DNA of 64,000 nt from Bryobacterales bacterium (GTDB taxonomy: Bacteria > Acidobacteriota > Terriglobia > Bryobacterales > UBA6623): the NCBI GenBank assembly GCA_963422375.2, contig OY729427.2, forward strand, positions 1,504,001-1,568,000, given 5' to 3'. Under the pieces are notes generated by a model that was not told the origin of the DNA, searched no databases, and worked only from the letters and a program-made list of their open reading frames with translations. This document shows positions 1 to 10,163 of this stretch, one piece after another. The translations under genes were made by a program, and so were the position numbers. Numbering within the stretch: the stretch's first letter is position 1; every line of letters begins with the position of its first letter.

Positions 1-35
1 CCAGTCCATACGGCCGTCCAAGGGCCGAGCGCCCG

Positions 36-485
36 CTACGACTCGCCGCCGGACCCGGCGGCGTCCTCGGACTTGTCCTGCATGCGGGCCTCGCGACGCT
101 TCTTCTTGGCGTCGCCGCGCTTGGCCAGTTGCGTCCCGAGCAACTCGAGAACCGCGGTTTCCGCCCCGTCGCCACGGCGCGGGCCCAAGCGCACGATGCG
201 CGTGTAGCCGCCGGCCCTGTCGGCGAAGCGCGGGCCGACCGTATCGAACAGCTTGCGCACGGCCCGCGGCTGGTACAGGTAGGCCGCCGCCTGCCGACGC
301 GCATGCAGGGTGTCGCGCTTGGCCAGCGTGATCACCTGCTCCACGATCGGGCGCACGGCCTTGGCCTTGGCCACGGTCGTATTGACCCGCTCGTCGATAA
401 TCACGCTGGTGGCCAGGCCGCGCAGCAGCGCGCGCCGCGCCGACGGATTCCGCTGCAGCTTGTAGCCGCCTCTTCGGTGCCTCAT
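36..485 (-). CDS. rplQ: 50S ribosomal protein bL17
   Basis: MRHR...GGYTRI..LGPRRGDGA signature; follows rpoA. Confidence 0.98.
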   Translation of the reverse strand: MRHRRGGYKLQRNPSARRALLRGLATSVIIDERVNTTVAKAKAVRPIVEQVITLAKRDTLHARRQAAAYLYQPRAVRKLFDTVGPRFADRAGGYTRIVRLGPRRGDGAETAVLELLGTQLAKRGDAKKKRREARMQDKSEDAAGSGGES

Positions 486-497
486 CGCGCCCGCCCC

Positions 498-1499
498 CTA
501 GTAGGCCCGCTCGGTCTCGGCATGCCGGGGGATCAGCCGACCGTGCTCGTCTTCGATCATCCCGAACTGCAGGCCCATGGTCTCGAGAATGTCCTTGATC
601 TCCTCCAGGGACTTGCGCCCGAAGTTCTTCACCTTCATCATGTCGGACTCCGTGCGCACCACGAGATCGCGCACCGTCAGGATGCTCGCGTTCTTCAGGC
701 AGTTGTACGAACGCACCGAGAGCTCCATGTCGTCGACGGACTTGTTGAGGTGCTCCGTGTAGCGGTCGGCGAACTGCTCGACCGGCGCCTCGAGCGCCGC
801 CGCCTCCTCTTCGAAGTTGATGAAGATCTGCATGTGGTCCTTGAGTAGCTTGGCCGCCAGGCCCACCGCGTCCTGCGGGGTGACGGCGCCGTTGGTCCAC
901 AGCTCGAGGCTCAGCTTCTCGTAGTCGGTCGTCTGCCCCAACCGCGCCGGGTCCACCCGGTAGCTGACCCGATGCACCGGGGAATGCACGGAATCGATCG
1001 GGATGAAGTCGACCGCCAGGTCATCGTCGAAGTTCTTCTCGGCGGAGACGTAGCCCCGCCCCTGCTTCACGCGCATCTCGATGTCGAGCACGCCTTCGTC
1101 GCTGACCGTGGCGATGTACACCTTCGGGTCCAGGATCACTATGTCCGCGTCCGTTTCGATGGCCTGGCTGTAGACCTCGCCCGGCTCGGTCACGCGGAGC
1201 CGGACCGTGCGCGTGCCCTCGCCGTGCAGCTTCAGCGGGATCTGCTTCAGGTTCAGGATGATGTCCGTGGCGTCCTCGACCACTCCCGGAATGGGAGTGA
1301 ACTCGTGCGAGATGCCTTCGATCCGGACCGCGCTGATCGCCGCCCCTTCGATCGAGCTCAGCAGCGCCCGCCGCAGCGAGTTGCCCACCGTGGTTCCGAA
1401 CCCGCGTTCGAACGGCTGGGCGCTGAAGCTGCCGTAGGTCTCGACCAAGCTCTCCGAATCGACGGAGAGCCGCTTGGGCTTCTGGAATCCTCTCCACAT
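498..1499 (-). CDS. rpoA: RNA polymerase alpha subunit
   Basis: [21 protein letters not shown] and [11 protein letters not shown] motifs. Confidence 0.99.
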   Translation of the reverse strand: MWRGFQKPKRLSVDSESLVETYGSFSAQPFERGFGTTVGNSLRRALLSSIEGAAISAVRIEGISHEFTPIPGVVEDATDIILNLKQIPLKLHGEGTRTVRLRVTEPGEVYSQAIETDADIVILDPKVYIATVSDEGVLDIEMRVKQGRGYVSAEKNFDDDLAVDFIPIDSVHSPVHRVSYRVDPARLGQTTDYEKLSLELWTNGAVTPQDAVGLAAKLLKDHMQIFINFEEEAAALEAPVEQFADRYTEHLNKSVDDMELSVRSYNCLKNASILTVRDLVVRTESDMMKVKNFGRKSLEEIKDILETMGLQFGMIEDEHGRLIPRHAETERAY

Positions 1500-1553
1500 G
1501 CGCTGTGTGTCCTTCCCCTGCTCGGCGACGGCCCGCGCCGTCGGGCGCCGGGC

Positions 1554-2171
1554 CTACCGCGAGTACAGTTCCACGATCAACTGCGCGTTGATCTGGGTCG
1601 ACTCGAGGTCCTCCCTCGGCGGCAAGCTGAGCACGCGCCCCTGGAATTCCGCCGCCGACGGCTCCAGCCAACCCGGCGAGGCGGCCAGCACCGGCTCTTC
1701 CAGCGCCTTGCGAATGCCCCCGTGCTGCCGGCTCCGCTCGCGGACCGCGACCACGTCGCCCGCGTCCACCAAGTACGACGGGATGTCTACCTTCGATCCG
1801 TTGACCTGCACGTGACCGTGGTTGACGATCTGGCGGGCCTGGCGCCGCGAATGGGCGAAGCCCAGGCGGAAGACGACGTTGTCCAAGCGACGCTCCAGCA
1901 GGCTCAGCAGGTTGTCTCCCACCACACCCGGCATTCGCGTCGCGCGCTCGTAGTAGTTGCGGAACTGCCTCTCCAACACATCATACATGAAGCGCGCCCG
2001 CTGCTTCTCCTGCATCTGCAGCGCGTAGCCGAGCATCTTCCTGGGCCGCTGCGTCTTGCCGTGCTGGCCCGGCGCGTAGGGGCGCTTGTCCAGCAGCCGC
2101 TCCGACTTCGGGTCGAGCGCCATGCCCAGGCGCCTCGAGCGGCGCACGATGGGTCCCCGGTTTCTTGCCAT
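1554..2171 (-). CDS. rpsD: 30S ribosomal protein uS4 (zinc-less form)
   Basis: PGQHG, LERRLDNVVFRLGFA, IVELYSR; no N-terminal cysteines. Confidence 0.98.
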   Translation of the reverse strand: MARNRGPIVRRSRRLGMALDPKSERLLDKRPYAPGQHGKTQRPRKMLGYALQMQEKQRARFMYDVLERQFRNYYERATRMPGVVGDNLLSLLERRLDNVVFRLGFAHSRRQARQIVNHGHVQVNGSKVDIPSYLVDAGDVVAVRERSRQHGGIRKALEEPVLAASPGWLEPSAAEFQGRVLSLPPREDLESTQINAQLIVELYSR

Positions 2172-2188
2172 GCCTTACTCCCAGCGTC

Positions 2189-2590
2189 TCACACGCGACG
2201 CTTCTTCGGCGGCCGGCAGCCGTTGTGCGGAACCGGCGTCACGTCCTTGATGTGCGTGACCTGGATGCCCGCCGAGGCGAGCGCCCGGATGGCCGACTCG
2301 CGCCCGCTCCCCGGGCCCTTGACGCGCACTGCGACGCGCTGCACGCCGTGCTCCTTGGCGCTGTTGGCCGCGGTCAGGCTGGCCTGCTGCGCCGCGAACG
2401 GCGTTCCCTTCTGCGACCCGCGGAATCCCAGCGAGCCGGCGCTGGACCACGAGACCGTGCGGCCTTCGAGATCGGTGATGGTGACGATCGTGTTGTTGAA
2501 GGTCGCCTTCACATGCACGAGCCCCATCGGCACGTTCTTCTTCTGCCGGCTCTTGAAACGCTTCTTGTCCTTGCCCTTGGGCTTCGCCAT
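2189..2590 (-). CDS. rpsK: 30S ribosomal protein uS11
   Basis: [30 protein letters not shown]. Confidence 0.99.
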   Translation of the reverse strand: MAKPKGKDKKRFKSRQKKNVPMGLVHVKATFNNTIVTITDLEGRTVSWSSAGSLGFRGSQKGTPFAAQQASLTAANSAKEHGVQRVAVRVKGPGSGRESAIRALASAGIQVTHIKDVTPVPHNGCRPPKKRRV

Positions 2591-2608
2591 CGCTCCGTCC
2601 TCCCGCGC

Positions 2609-2989
2609 CTACTTGGACGCCTTCTTCTTGTTGGCGATCTGGCCGCGCCGGGCACCCTTGCGGCTACGGGCGTTGGTGTGCGTGCGCTGGCCCCTCACGG
2701 GGAGGCCGCGCCGGTGCCGCAGGCCGCGGTAGCAGCCGATCTCCATAAGGCGCCGAACGTTCATGGCGACCTCCTTGCGCAGGTCCCCTTCCACGGCGCG
2801 CTCCTCTTCGAGCAGCGTGCGCAGCGATGTGATCTCGGCGTCGACCAGGTCGCCCATGCGCTTGCCGAAATCGATGCCGGCGCGGTGCAGCAGCGACCGC
2901 GCCCGCGCGAAGCCGATGCCGTACAGATAGGTCAGGGACACCTCGGCCCGCTTGCCGTCGGGAATGTCGACACCTTCGAATCTCGCCAT
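2609..2989 (-). CDS. rpsM: 30S ribosomal protein uS13
   Basis: [28 protein letters not shown]. Confidence 0.99.
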   Translation of the reverse strand: MARFEGVDIPDGKRAEVSLTYLYGIGFARARSLLHRAGIDFGKRMGDLVDAEITSLRTLLEEERAVEGDLRKEVAMNVRRLMEIGCYRGLRHRRGLPVRGQRTHTNARSRKGARRGQIANKKKASK

Positions 2990-3008
2990 CTGGCACCTCC
3001 TCCCGCGC

Positions 3009-3122
3009 CTATCCCTGGCGCTGCTTGTGCTTCGGATTGACGCAGATCACCCGCACGACGCCCCGCCGCCGGATGACCTTGCAGTGGCTGCACAGCCGCT
3101 TGACCGATGCTCGCACCTTCAT
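3009..3122 (-). CDS. rpmJ: 50S ribosomal protein bL36 (zinc-ribbon form; not in ORF track)
   Basis: Hand translation [37 protein letters not shown], 37 aa. Confidence 0.98.
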   Translation of the reverse strand: MKVRASVKRLCSHCKVIRRRGVVRVICVNPKHKQRQG

Positions 3123-3361
3123 TGCTCCGCCCGTCCTATGATTCTCGCCCTAGTCTTGTCGCGCGGGGCTAGGCGCACCCGCACGCGATCACCCGGCAGC
3201 AGGCGCAGGAAATCCAGCTGGTGCCGCCCGGTCGCCGAGGCCGCCACGAAGCGCCCGCCCGGCAGGCGCACGCGGTACAGCAGGCTCGGCAGTTCCGCGA
3301 CCACCGTGCCGGTCGTCTCCGCCGCCCCGGGCCGCCCGCCCCGCTCGCCCGCCGGTCCCAC
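3119..3361 (-). CDS. infA: Translation initiation factor IF-1-like protein (divergent); GTG start inferred
   Basis: [16 protein letters not shown]...[24 protein letters not shown] aligns with the IF-1 OB fold; sits between map and rpmJ. Confidence 0.8.
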   Translation of the reverse strand: MGPAGERGGRPGAAETTGTVVAELPSLLYRVRLPGGRFVAASATGRHQLDFLRLLPGDRVRVRLAPRDKTRARIIGRAEQ

Positions 3362-3381
3362 GCTCGCCTCGCCGCCATCCG

Positions 3382-4152
3382 TCAGACCACCGTCAGCCGG
3401 CGCGGCCCCTCGCGGGTGACGGCGACGCAGTGCTCGAAATGCGCGGCCCGCGAGCCGTCCCTGGTGACCGCCGTGAAGCGGTCGCGCAAGATGCGCGTGG
3501 CGGACGCGCCGGCCGCCACCATCGGCTCGATGGCGAGCACCATGCCGCAGCGCAGGCGCACGTTGCGCACCCTCGGGTCGATGTAGTTCGGCACCTGCGG
3601 CTCCTCGTGCAGGTGCCTGCCGATGCCGTGGCCCACGAACTCCTTGACGATCGAGAAGCCGTTGCCCTCGACGTGGCGCTGCACGGCCCCGCTGACGTCG
3701 AACAGGCGGCGCCCGTCGACCATCTGCTCGACCGCCAGGTCCAAGGCCTCGCGGGTGACCCGCAGCAGGCGCTCGGTCTCCGCGGAGATGCGGCCCACCG
3801 GGATCGTCGTCGCCGAGTCCCCGTAGTAGCCGTCCAGGAGCACCCCGCAGTCCACCTTCACGATGTCCCCCTCGGCCAGCACGCGCCGCCGCGAAGGGAT
3901 GCCGTGGACCACCTCTTCGTTGACCGAGGTGCACAGCGCGGCCGGAAACCGCTTGCCAACCGCCGGGACGTAGTAGCCCTTGAAGGCGGCCCTGGCGCCC
4001 GCGTCGCGGATCATCGCCGCCGCCCGGCGCTCCAAGTCCATCGTCGTCATGCCGGGCTCGACCAGCTCGTGCAGGGCCGCCAGGATGCGGGCCACCAGCT
4101 TGCCGCTGGCCTGCATCCGGCCGATCTCGATGGGGCTCTTGCGCACGATCAT
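3382..4152 (-). CDS. map: Methionine aminopeptidase type I
   Basis: CTSVNEEVVHGIP, GYYGDSA, GHGIG..LHEEP, AIEPM, AHFEH. Confidence 0.97.
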   Translation of the reverse strand: MIVRKSPIEIGRMQASGKLVARILAALHELVEPGMTTMDLERRAAAMIRDAGARAAFKGYYVPAVGKRFPAALCTSVNEEVVHGIPSRRRVLAEGDIVKVDCGVLLDGYYGDSATTIPVGRISAETERLLRVTREALDLAVEQMVDGRRLFDVSGAVQRHVEGNGFSIVKEFVGHGIGRHLHEEPQVPNYIDPRVRNVRLRCGMVLAIEPMVAAGASATRILRDRFTAVTRDGSRAAHFEHCVAVTREGPRRLTVV

Positions 4153-4193
4153 GGCATTGCTCCGGGCCGTCCGCGACGGGACGGCCGCGCCGC

Positions 4194-5579
4194 TTACGCG
4201 AACGAATGGCGCCCCCGGATCCGGCCCGCGCGGGGCGTGAAGCCCTCGTAGTGGCGCATCAGCAACTGCGACTCGACTTGGTTGACGAAGTCCATCGCCA
4301 CGCCGACCACGATCAGCAGCGACGTGCCGCCGAAGTAGAAACGCACGTTGAGCCCGTCCAGCAGCCAGCGCGGCAGGTTCGCGTCGGCCCAGTTCCCGAT
4401 CAGCGGCAGGTGGTGGATCTTGGCGCCGTTGATCATCAGGTCCGGAATCAGCGAGATGGCCGCCAGGTACAGGGCCCCCACCAGCGTCAGCTTGGTCAGG
4501 ATGTCGTTGATGTGCTCGGCCGTGGGCTTGCCCGAGCGGATGCCCGGCACGAACCCGCCGTACTTGCGCATGTTGTCGGCCACCTCGTTGGGATTGAAGA
4601 TGATCGACACGTAGAAAAAGCAGAAGAAGACGATGCCCACCACGTAGATCAGCTCGTAGAGCGGCTCGCCCGGGCGCACCGTCTCCAGCAGTCGCGACAG
4701 CAGCGGGCTGTCGGCGAACATCAGCGTGAGCGTCTGCGGCAGCGAGAGGATCGACGAGGCGAAGATGACCGGGATCACGCCGCCGGCGTTGACCTTCAGC
4801 GGCAGGTGGGTGGACTGGCCGCCCATCATGCGCCGCCCCACGACCCGGCGCGCGTACTGCACGGGGATCCTGCGCTCGCCGCGCTCGACGAAGACGATGA
4901 AGCCGACCACCAGCACCATCGCGACGACGATCACGACCGCGGCGATCACGTTCCATTGGCCCGTGACGAAGACGTTCTCGTAGACGTTCTGGACCGCCCC
5001 GGGCAGGCCCACGACGATGCCCGCGAAGATGATCAGCGACATGCCGTTGCCGATGCCGCGCTCGGTGATCTGCTCGCCCAGCCACATGATGAAGGCCGTG
5101 CCAGTGGTCAGGGTCAGGATCATCATCAGGCGGAAGCCCCAGCCGGGGTTGTATGCCAGGCCCTGCTGCACGACGAGCTGCGCGAACGCGAACGACTGCA
5201 CGATGCTGATGCCGATGGTCAGGTAGCGCGTCCACTGGGTGATCTTGCGACGGCCCAGCTCGCCTTCCTTCTGCAGGCGCTCCAGCGTCGGCACGGCGAC
5301 CGTGAGCAGCTGCAGGATGATCGAGGCCGTGATGTACGGCATGATCCCCAGCGCGAAGATGGTCAGCTGGCTCAGCTGGCCTCCGGAGAACAGGTCGAGG
5401 AACCCGAGCGTCGTGCCGCGGGCCGCCTCGAAGATCCGCTGCAGCTCCTCGGTGTTGACGCCCGGCGTCGGGATGTGCCCGCCCACGCGGTAGACGGCCA
5501 GCATCGACAGCGTAAACAGGAGCCGCTTGCGCAGGTCCGGCACGCGGAAGGCGTTGGCGCAGGCTTCCAGCCACTTCAT
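4194..5579 (-). CDS. secY: Preprotein translocase subunit SecY
   Basis: IFALGIMPYITASII, GIGNGMSLIIF, FGGTSLLIVVGV. Confidence 0.99.
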   Translation of the reverse strand: MKWLEACANAFRVPDLRKRLLFTLSMLAVYRVGGHIPTPGVNTEELQRIFEAARGTTLGFLDLFSGGQLSQLTIFALGIMPYITASIILQLLTVAVPTLERLQKEGELGRRKITQWTRYLTIGISIVQSFAFAQLVVQQGLAYNPGWGFRLMMILTLTTGTAFIMWLGEQITERGIGNGMSLIIFAGIVVGLPGAVQNVYENVFVTGQWNVIAAVVIVVAMVLVVGFIVFVERGERRIPVQYARRVVGRRMMGGQSTHLPLKVNAGGVIPVIFASSILSLPQTLTLMFADSPLLSRLLETVRPGEPLYELIYVVGIVFFCFFYVSIIFNPNEVADNMRKYGGFVPGIRSGKPTAEHINDILTKLTLVGALYLAAISLIPDLMINGAKIHHLPLIGNWADANLPRWLLDGLNVRFYFGGTSLLIVVGVAMDFVNQVESQLLMRHYEGFTPRAGRIRGRHSFA

Positions 5580-6034
5580 GGTCGCCGACCCGCCTTCGCG
5601 GCCGACAGCGCCTTGCCGCCCGCCCTCTCGATCTTGTCCCGCGCGGCGGCGGAGAACCGATGGGCCGCGACCGTGACGGGCCGGGTGATGTCGCCGCCGC
5701 CGAGAATCTTGAGGCCGTCCCGCAGGTCGCGGACCACGCCCCGCCGGACGAGCCCGTCCGGCGTGAAGTCGTCGCCCTCGAGCTCCTCGAGGCGCGCTAC
5801 GTTCAGCACGGCGTACTCCTTGCGCCCGGGGTTGTGGAACCCGCGCTTGGGCACGCGCCGGATCAGCGGCATCTGGCCGCCCTCGAAGCCGCGGCGGCGG
5901 CGATAGCCCGACCGGGACTTCTGGCCCTTCTCGCCGCGCCCGGCCGTGACCCCGAGGCCCGAGCCCGGGCCGCGGCCGCGCCGCTTGCGCGCGCGGCGCG
6001 AGCCGGGCGCCGGATGCAATTCGCTGAGATTCAT
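5576..6034 (-). CDS. rplO: 50S ribosomal protein uL15
   Basis: GRGPGSG.G.TAGRG.KGQKSRSG, GFEGGQMPL. Confidence 0.98.
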   Translation of the reverse strand: MNLSELHPAPGSRRARKRRGRGPGSGLGVTAGRGEKGQKSRSGYRRRRGFEGGQMPLIRRVPKRGFHNPGRKEYAVLNVARLEELEGDDFTPDGLVRRGVVRDLRDGLKILGGGDITRPVTVAAHRFSAAARDKIERAGGKALSAAKAGRRP

Positions 6035-6046
6035 CGCCCTGCCCGC

Positions 6047-6229
6047 CTACTCGACGACCTCCACCAGGTGCAGCACCTTGGCCACCATGCCGCGGGTGGC
6101 GGGGCCCTCCGGCCGCTCGACCACCTGCCCGATACGGCGCAGGCCGAGGCCGCGCACCACCTTCCTGAGCTTCGCCGGCGCGCCGATCGCGCTCCGCTTC
6201 AGCCGGATCCTGACCGTCGCGCCCGTCAC
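6047..6229 (-). CDS. rpmD: 50S ribosomal protein uL30
   Basis: RSAIG...[13 protein letters not shown]...[10 protein letters not shown]; operon position. Confidence 0.95.
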   Translation of the reverse strand: MTGATVRIRLKRSAIGAPAKLRKVVRGLGLRRIGQVVERPEGPATRGMVAKVLHLVEVVE

Positions 6230-6744
6230 TTGCCGCCCCTGATCTCGCTGGGATCCTTGCCGCGGATGCGGGCCACCTCGTCCGGGTGGCGCAGCTGCTT
6301 GAGAGCCTCGAAGGTCGCCTTGATCGCGTTGTGCGGGTTCTTCGACCCGATCGACTTGGTCAGCACGTTCTGGATTCCCGCCGCCTCGACGACGAAGCGC
6401 ACGGCTCCTCCGGCGATCGCTCCCTTGCCCTCGCGGGCCGGCTTGAGGAGCACGCGGCCCGCCCCGAAGACGCCCAGCACCTCGTGCGGGATCGTGGGAC
6501 CGGCCACATGGACCTTGATGAGGTTCTTCTTGGCCTTCTCGACCGCCTTGCGGATAGCCGACGGCACTTCCTTGGCCTTTCCCTTAGCGTAGCCCACGAC
6601 GTGCCTCTCGGCGTCCCCGACGACGACCAGCGCCGAAAAGCTCAGGTTCTTGCCGCCCTTGACGACCTTGGTGACGCGATTGATCGCGACCACCTGATCG
6701 GTCAGCTGCAGCTCGGTCTGCTCGATGCCATGGCTGGCGTCCAT
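6226..6744 (-). CDS. rpsE: 30S ribosomal protein uS5
   Basis: [24 protein letters not shown]. Confidence 0.99.
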   Translation of the reverse strand: MDASHGIEQTELQLTDQVVAINRVTKVVKGGKNLSFSALVVVGDAERHVVGYAKGKAKEVPSAIRKAVEKAKKNLIKVHVAGPTIPHEVLGVFGAGRVLLKPAREGKGAIAGGAVRFVVEAAGIQNVLTKSIGSKNPHNAIKATFEALKQLRHPDEVARIRGKDPSEIRGGK

Positions 6745-6750
6745 AGTGCC

Positions 6751-7146
6751 CTACTCCCCCTTGTCGCGCGGGCGCCGCTCGCGCGGAGGCGGCAGCAGCC
6801 CGGCCCGCCGGACGGCCTCCGCCAACGCGCGGACGCGGCCTTGAAAATTGTGCCCGCCGCGATCGAAGACGACGCGCTCGATGCCGGCGGCGCGGGCGCT
6901 CTCGACGATCGCCTCGCCGATCCGCACGGCGGCGGCCACGTTGCCGCCGTAGCCGTCGAATCCGGGGCCCGCCGTCGAAGCGGCCGCGAGCGTGCGGCCG
7001 GCGTCGTCGTCGATCACCTGGGCGTAGATGTGCTTCAGCGAGCGGAAGACCGCCAGGCGCGGCCGCGCGGCCGTGCCGCGGACGCGCTTGCGGATGCGGG
7101 CATGCACCCGCCGCCGCCTCTCGTTCCGATTCGGTCGTGACACCAT
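6751..7146 (-). CDS. rplR: 50S ribosomal protein uL18
   Basis: [27 protein letters not shown]. Confidence 0.98.
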   Translation of the reverse strand: MVSRPNRNERRRRVHARIRKRVRGTAARPRLAVFRSLKHIYAQVIDDDAGRTLAAASTAGPGFDGYGGNVAAAVRIGEAIVESARAAGIERVVFDRGGHNFQGRVRALAEAVRRAGLLPPPRERRPRDKGE

Positions 7147-7172
7147 CGCGAATTCGCTCCGTGCGCGCGGCG

Positions 7173-7706
7173 CTAGCCGGCGCCGCTCTTGCCTTCCTTG
7201 CTGCGCAGGCGCTCGCCGGCGTACCGCACGCCCTTCTGCTTGTAGGGATCGGGCCTGCGCAGGGAGCGTATGTTCGCCGCGGTCTGGCCGACGAGCTGCT
7301 TGTCGATGCCCGACACGACGATCCTGTTGTTGCCCTCGACAGCCGCCTCGATGCCGTCCGGCAGGAGCACCTCGACGGGGTGCGAGTAGCCGAGCTGGAG
7401 CACCAGCACGCGGCCGACCCTCTGGACGCGGTAGCCGACGCCGACGATCTCCAGCCGCTTGCTGAAGCCCTGCGTCACGCCGGTCACGGAATTGCTGGCC
7501 AGGGCCCGGGTGAGGCCCTGCAGCGCCGCGCTGCCGCCGGGGCCGCAGCGGACGCGCAGCTCGCTCCGGTCCACGAGCGCCTCGACGCCGCGCGGCACGG
7601 GCACGCGCAGCTCGCCCCGCGGCCCGCGCACGGTCAGGGCGCCGGGCCCGACGCTCACGCTGGCTCCCGCGGGCAGCGGGACCGGCTTGCCGCCTATCCT
7701 CGACAT
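7173..7706 (-). CDS. rplF: 50S ribosomal protein uL6
   Basis: [31 protein letters not shown]. Confidence 0.98.
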   Translation of the reverse strand: MSRIGGKPVPLPAGASVSVGPGALTVRGPRGELRVPVPRGVEALVDRSELRVRCGPGGSAALQGLTRALASNSVTGVTQGFSKRLEIVGVGYRVQRVGRVLVLQLGYSHPVEVLLPDGIEAAVEGNNRIVVSGIDKQLVGQTAANIRSLRRPDPYKQKGVRYAGERLRSKEGKSGAG

Positions 7707-7734
7707 CGCCGCCCTCCCGCCGCGCGGGCCTGCC

Positions 7735-8130
7735 TCAGTAGACCGTGCATAGCACTTCCCCCCCGACGCCCTTGTCGCGGGCCTGGCGGCCGGTCATCAC
7801 GCCCTTCGACGTGGTCAGGACGCAGACGCCCATGCCGCCGATCACGCTCGGCATCCCGCGGGAGTGGACGTAGACGCGGCGGCTCGGCTTGGAGACGCGA
7901 GTCAGCCGCGTGATCACCGGCTTGCGGTCGGGCCGGTACTTGAGGTAGACCTTCAGCACACGCTTGTTGGCGTCCTTGGCCACGCGGTAGTTCGCCACGT
8001 AGCCCTCCTCCTTGAGGATGCGCGCCAGCTCGATCTTCAGCTTCGAGCCGGGAATGTCGACCTTGCTCAGGCGCGCCGCCAAGCCGTTGCGGATGCGCGT
8101 CAGCATGTCGGCGATGGGATCGGAATGCAT
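7735..8130 (-). CDS. rpsH: 30S ribosomal protein uS8
   Basis: DPIADMLTRIRN, TSKGVMT. Confidence 0.99.
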   Translation of the reverse strand: MHSDPIADMLTRIRNGLAARLSKVDIPGSKLKIELARILKEEGYVANYRVAKDANKRVLKVYLKYRPDRKPVITRLTRVSKPSRRVYVHSRGMPSVIGGMGVCVLTTSKGVMTGRQARDKGVGGEVLCTVY

Positions 8131-8139
8131 CCCGCCCCC

Positions 8140-8325
8140 CTACCAGCTGCTCTTCACGACGCCGGGCAGCTCGCCGCTCAGCGCCAGGTTGCGGAAGCAG
8201 ATGCGGCACAGCTCGAACTTGCGCATGTAGCCGCGCGGCCTGCCGCAGCGCCGGCAGCGGTTGCGATAGCGCACCTTGAACGGCAGTTGCTTGCGCTCGC
8301 GCGCCGTCTTCGCTTTCGTCGCCAT
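8140..8325 (-). CDS. rpsN: 30S ribosomal protein uS14, short zinc-binding (type Z) form
   Basis: 61 aa, RCRRCGR...CRICFR. Confidence 0.97.
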   Translation of the reverse strand: MATKAKTARERKQLPFKVRYRNRCRRCGRPRGYMRKFELCRICFRNLALSGELPGVVKSSW

Positions 8326-8352
8326 AGGCTCTCCCTCGATCCTCGCCCGCGC

Positions 8353-8985
8353 CTAGGCGCGGAACGGCATTCCCAGCAGCTTCAGCAGCGCGTGACCCTC
8401 CCGGTCAGTGCGCGCGGTCGTCATCACCGTCACGTTCATGCCCTTCATGGCCTCGACCTTGGTGTAGTCGATTTCCGGGAAGATCGTGTGCTCTTGGATG
8501 CCCAGCGTGTAGTTGCCGCGACCGTCCAGCTTGGGCGAGACACCTTGGAAGTCGCGCACGCGCGGCAGCGAGATCGCGATCAGGCGGTCCAGGAACTCCC
8601 ACATGCGCGTCCCCCGCAAGGTCACCGTGCAGCCGACCGCCATGCCGCCCCGCAGGTTGAAGCCTGCGATCGGGCGCTTGGCGCGCGTGACTACCGGCTT
8701 CTGGCCCGCGATCGCGGCCAGCTCCTGCACGGCGCTCTCGACGACCCTCTGGTTGAACGACGTCTTGCGCCCGCCGGCCTTGCGGTCGGCCTGCTTCCGC
8801 GCCTTGGCGTCCGCCTTCTTGCCCTTGCCGCCCTCGTCCTTCTTCAGGGCCAGCTTGCCGAAGCCGATGTTCAGCTTGATCGCCGCCAGCCTAGGCACGG
8901 CCATGGGCGAGCTGTAGCCGAACTGCGCCCGCAGCGCGGGCACCGCGTCCGACTCGTACTTCTCTCTCAGTCGCAGCCCCGCCAT
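8353..8985 (-). CDS. rplE: 50S ribosomal protein uL5 with a ~30-aa basic insertion
   Basis: [31 protein letters not shown] overlaps the rplX stop. Confidence 0.98.
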   Translation of the reverse strand: MAGLRLREKYESDAVPALRAQFGYSSPMAVPRLAAIKLNIGFGKLALKKDEGGKGKKADAKARKQADRKAGGRKTSFNQRVVESAVQELAAIAGQKPVVTRAKRPIAGFNLRGGMAVGCTVTLRGTRMWEFLDRLIAISLPRVRDFQGVSPKLDGRGNYTLGIQEHTIFPEIDYTKVEAMKGMNVTVMTTARTDREGHALLKLLGMPFRA

Positions 8986-9254
8986 CACTCGCCCGCCAGT
9001 CTCACGTTGGATAGGTCCAGCATCGACTCGCGCTCGGCGATGCCGCCCTTGATCTGCTTCTGCGGGTTGGGACGCACGTGCTTCTTGACCATGTTGGCGC
9101 CTTCCACCAGCAGCCGCCCGCGCTTGCGGTCGACCTGCAGGACGCGCCCGCGCTTGCCCTTGCTGCGACCGGCCAAGACCACCACCTCGTCGTCCTTGCG
9201 GATGCGGGTCTTGCGCGCCGCCCGCGGCTTGGGACGCTGCCGCGACACCGGCAT
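8985..9254 (-). CDS. rplX: 50S ribosomal protein uL24 (short, 89 aa)
   Basis: KOW motif [31 protein letters not shown]. Confidence 0.96.
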   Translation of the reverse strand: MPVSRQRPKPRAARKTRIRKDDEVVVLAGRSKGKRGRVLQVDRKRGRLLVEGANMVKKHVRPNPQKQIKGGIAERESMLDLSNVRLAGE

Positions 9255-9622
9255 CACAGCACCTCCGGGGCGAGCGAGACGATCTTCATGAAGCGCTTCT
9301 CGCGCAGCTCGCGGGCCACGGGCCCGAAGACGCGCGTGCCGACCGGCTCGCCGACCTCGTTCACCAGCACCGCCGCGTTCTCGTCGAAGCGGATGTAGGT
9401 GCCGTCCCTGCGCCGGGTCTCCTTGCGCATGCGCACGACGACCGCGCGCACCACGGAGCCCTTCTTGACGTTGGAGTCGGGCGTGGCCTCCTTGACCGAG
9501 GCCATCACGATGTCGCCCAGCCCGGCCTTGGCGCCGGTCGAGCCGCCGCGCGGCAGGATGCACATCAGCTTGCGGGCGCCCGAGTTGTCGGCCACCGCGA
9601 GCCGGGTCTGCATGCCAATCAT
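9254..9622 (-). CDS. rplN: 50S ribosomal protein uL14
   Basis: [30 protein letters not shown]. Confidence 0.99.
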   Translation of the reverse strand: MIGMQTRLAVADNSGARKLMCILPRGGSTGAKAGLGDIVMASVKEATPDSNVKKGSVVRAVVVRMRKETRRRDGTYIRFDENAAVLVNEVGEPVGTRVFGPVARELREKRFMKIVSLAPEVL

Positions 9623-9646
9623 GCTGTCAGCCCCCTTCGCGCGCCG

Positions 9647-9952
9647 CTAGGCGCCCTTGCCCTTGCGCCGCCGGCGCACCTTGATCTCGACCTGCGTCGA
9701 CTTCAGCACGACCGCCTCGAGACGCCAGCGCTTGCGCCGGGACAGCGGGCGGCACTCCACGATGCGGACGCGGTCGCCCTTCCGGGCCGCCCCCTCCTCG
9801 TCGTGGGCCATGAACTTCTTCTTGCGCGTGATGTAGCGGCGGTAGAGAGGGTGCGGCACCCGCCGGCTCACCTCCACCACCGCGGTCTTCTGCGGCTTCG
9901 TAGACACCACCACGCCGATCTTGCGATTGCCGCGTCCCTGCTGCTCAGGCAT
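9647..9952 (-). CDS. rpsQ: 30S ribosomal protein uS17
   Basis: HPLY....[21 protein letters not shown]. Confidence 0.98.
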   Translation of the reverse strand: MPEQQGRGNRKIGVVVSTKPQKTAVVEVSRRVPHPLYRRYITRKKKFMAHDEEGAARKGDRVRIVECRPLSRRKRWRLEAVVLKSTQVEIKVRRRRKGKGA

Positions 9953-10163
9953 CGTCGCCTCCCCCGCCCGCGGCGGCGCGGGCCTTCTCGCCGGCCACGG
10001 TGAGAAGGCGCGCCAAGTCCTTGCGCGCGGCCCTGTACTTGCGGATCCCCTCGGCCTGGCCCATCGAGATCTGGAAGCGCAGCTTGAACAGCAGCTGGCG
10101 CGTCTCGGCTTCCTTGCGCTCGATCTCGGCGAGCGTCATCTCGCGGCCCTCCGCGGCCCTCAC
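9945..10163 (-). CDS. rpmC: 50S ribosomal protein uL29
   Basis: LFKLRFQ..MGQ......[13 protein letters not shown] overlaps the rplP stop. Confidence 0.93.
   Translation of the reverse strand: MRAAEGREMTLAEIERKEAETRQLLFKLRFQISMGQAEGIRKYRAARKDLARLLTVAGEKARAAAGGGGDDA

Noticed and set aside
3382..5574. 730-aa ORF suggesting a large N-terminal fusion to Map
   Set aside because: The extension is an alternative frame of secY; Map begins at ATG 4152.
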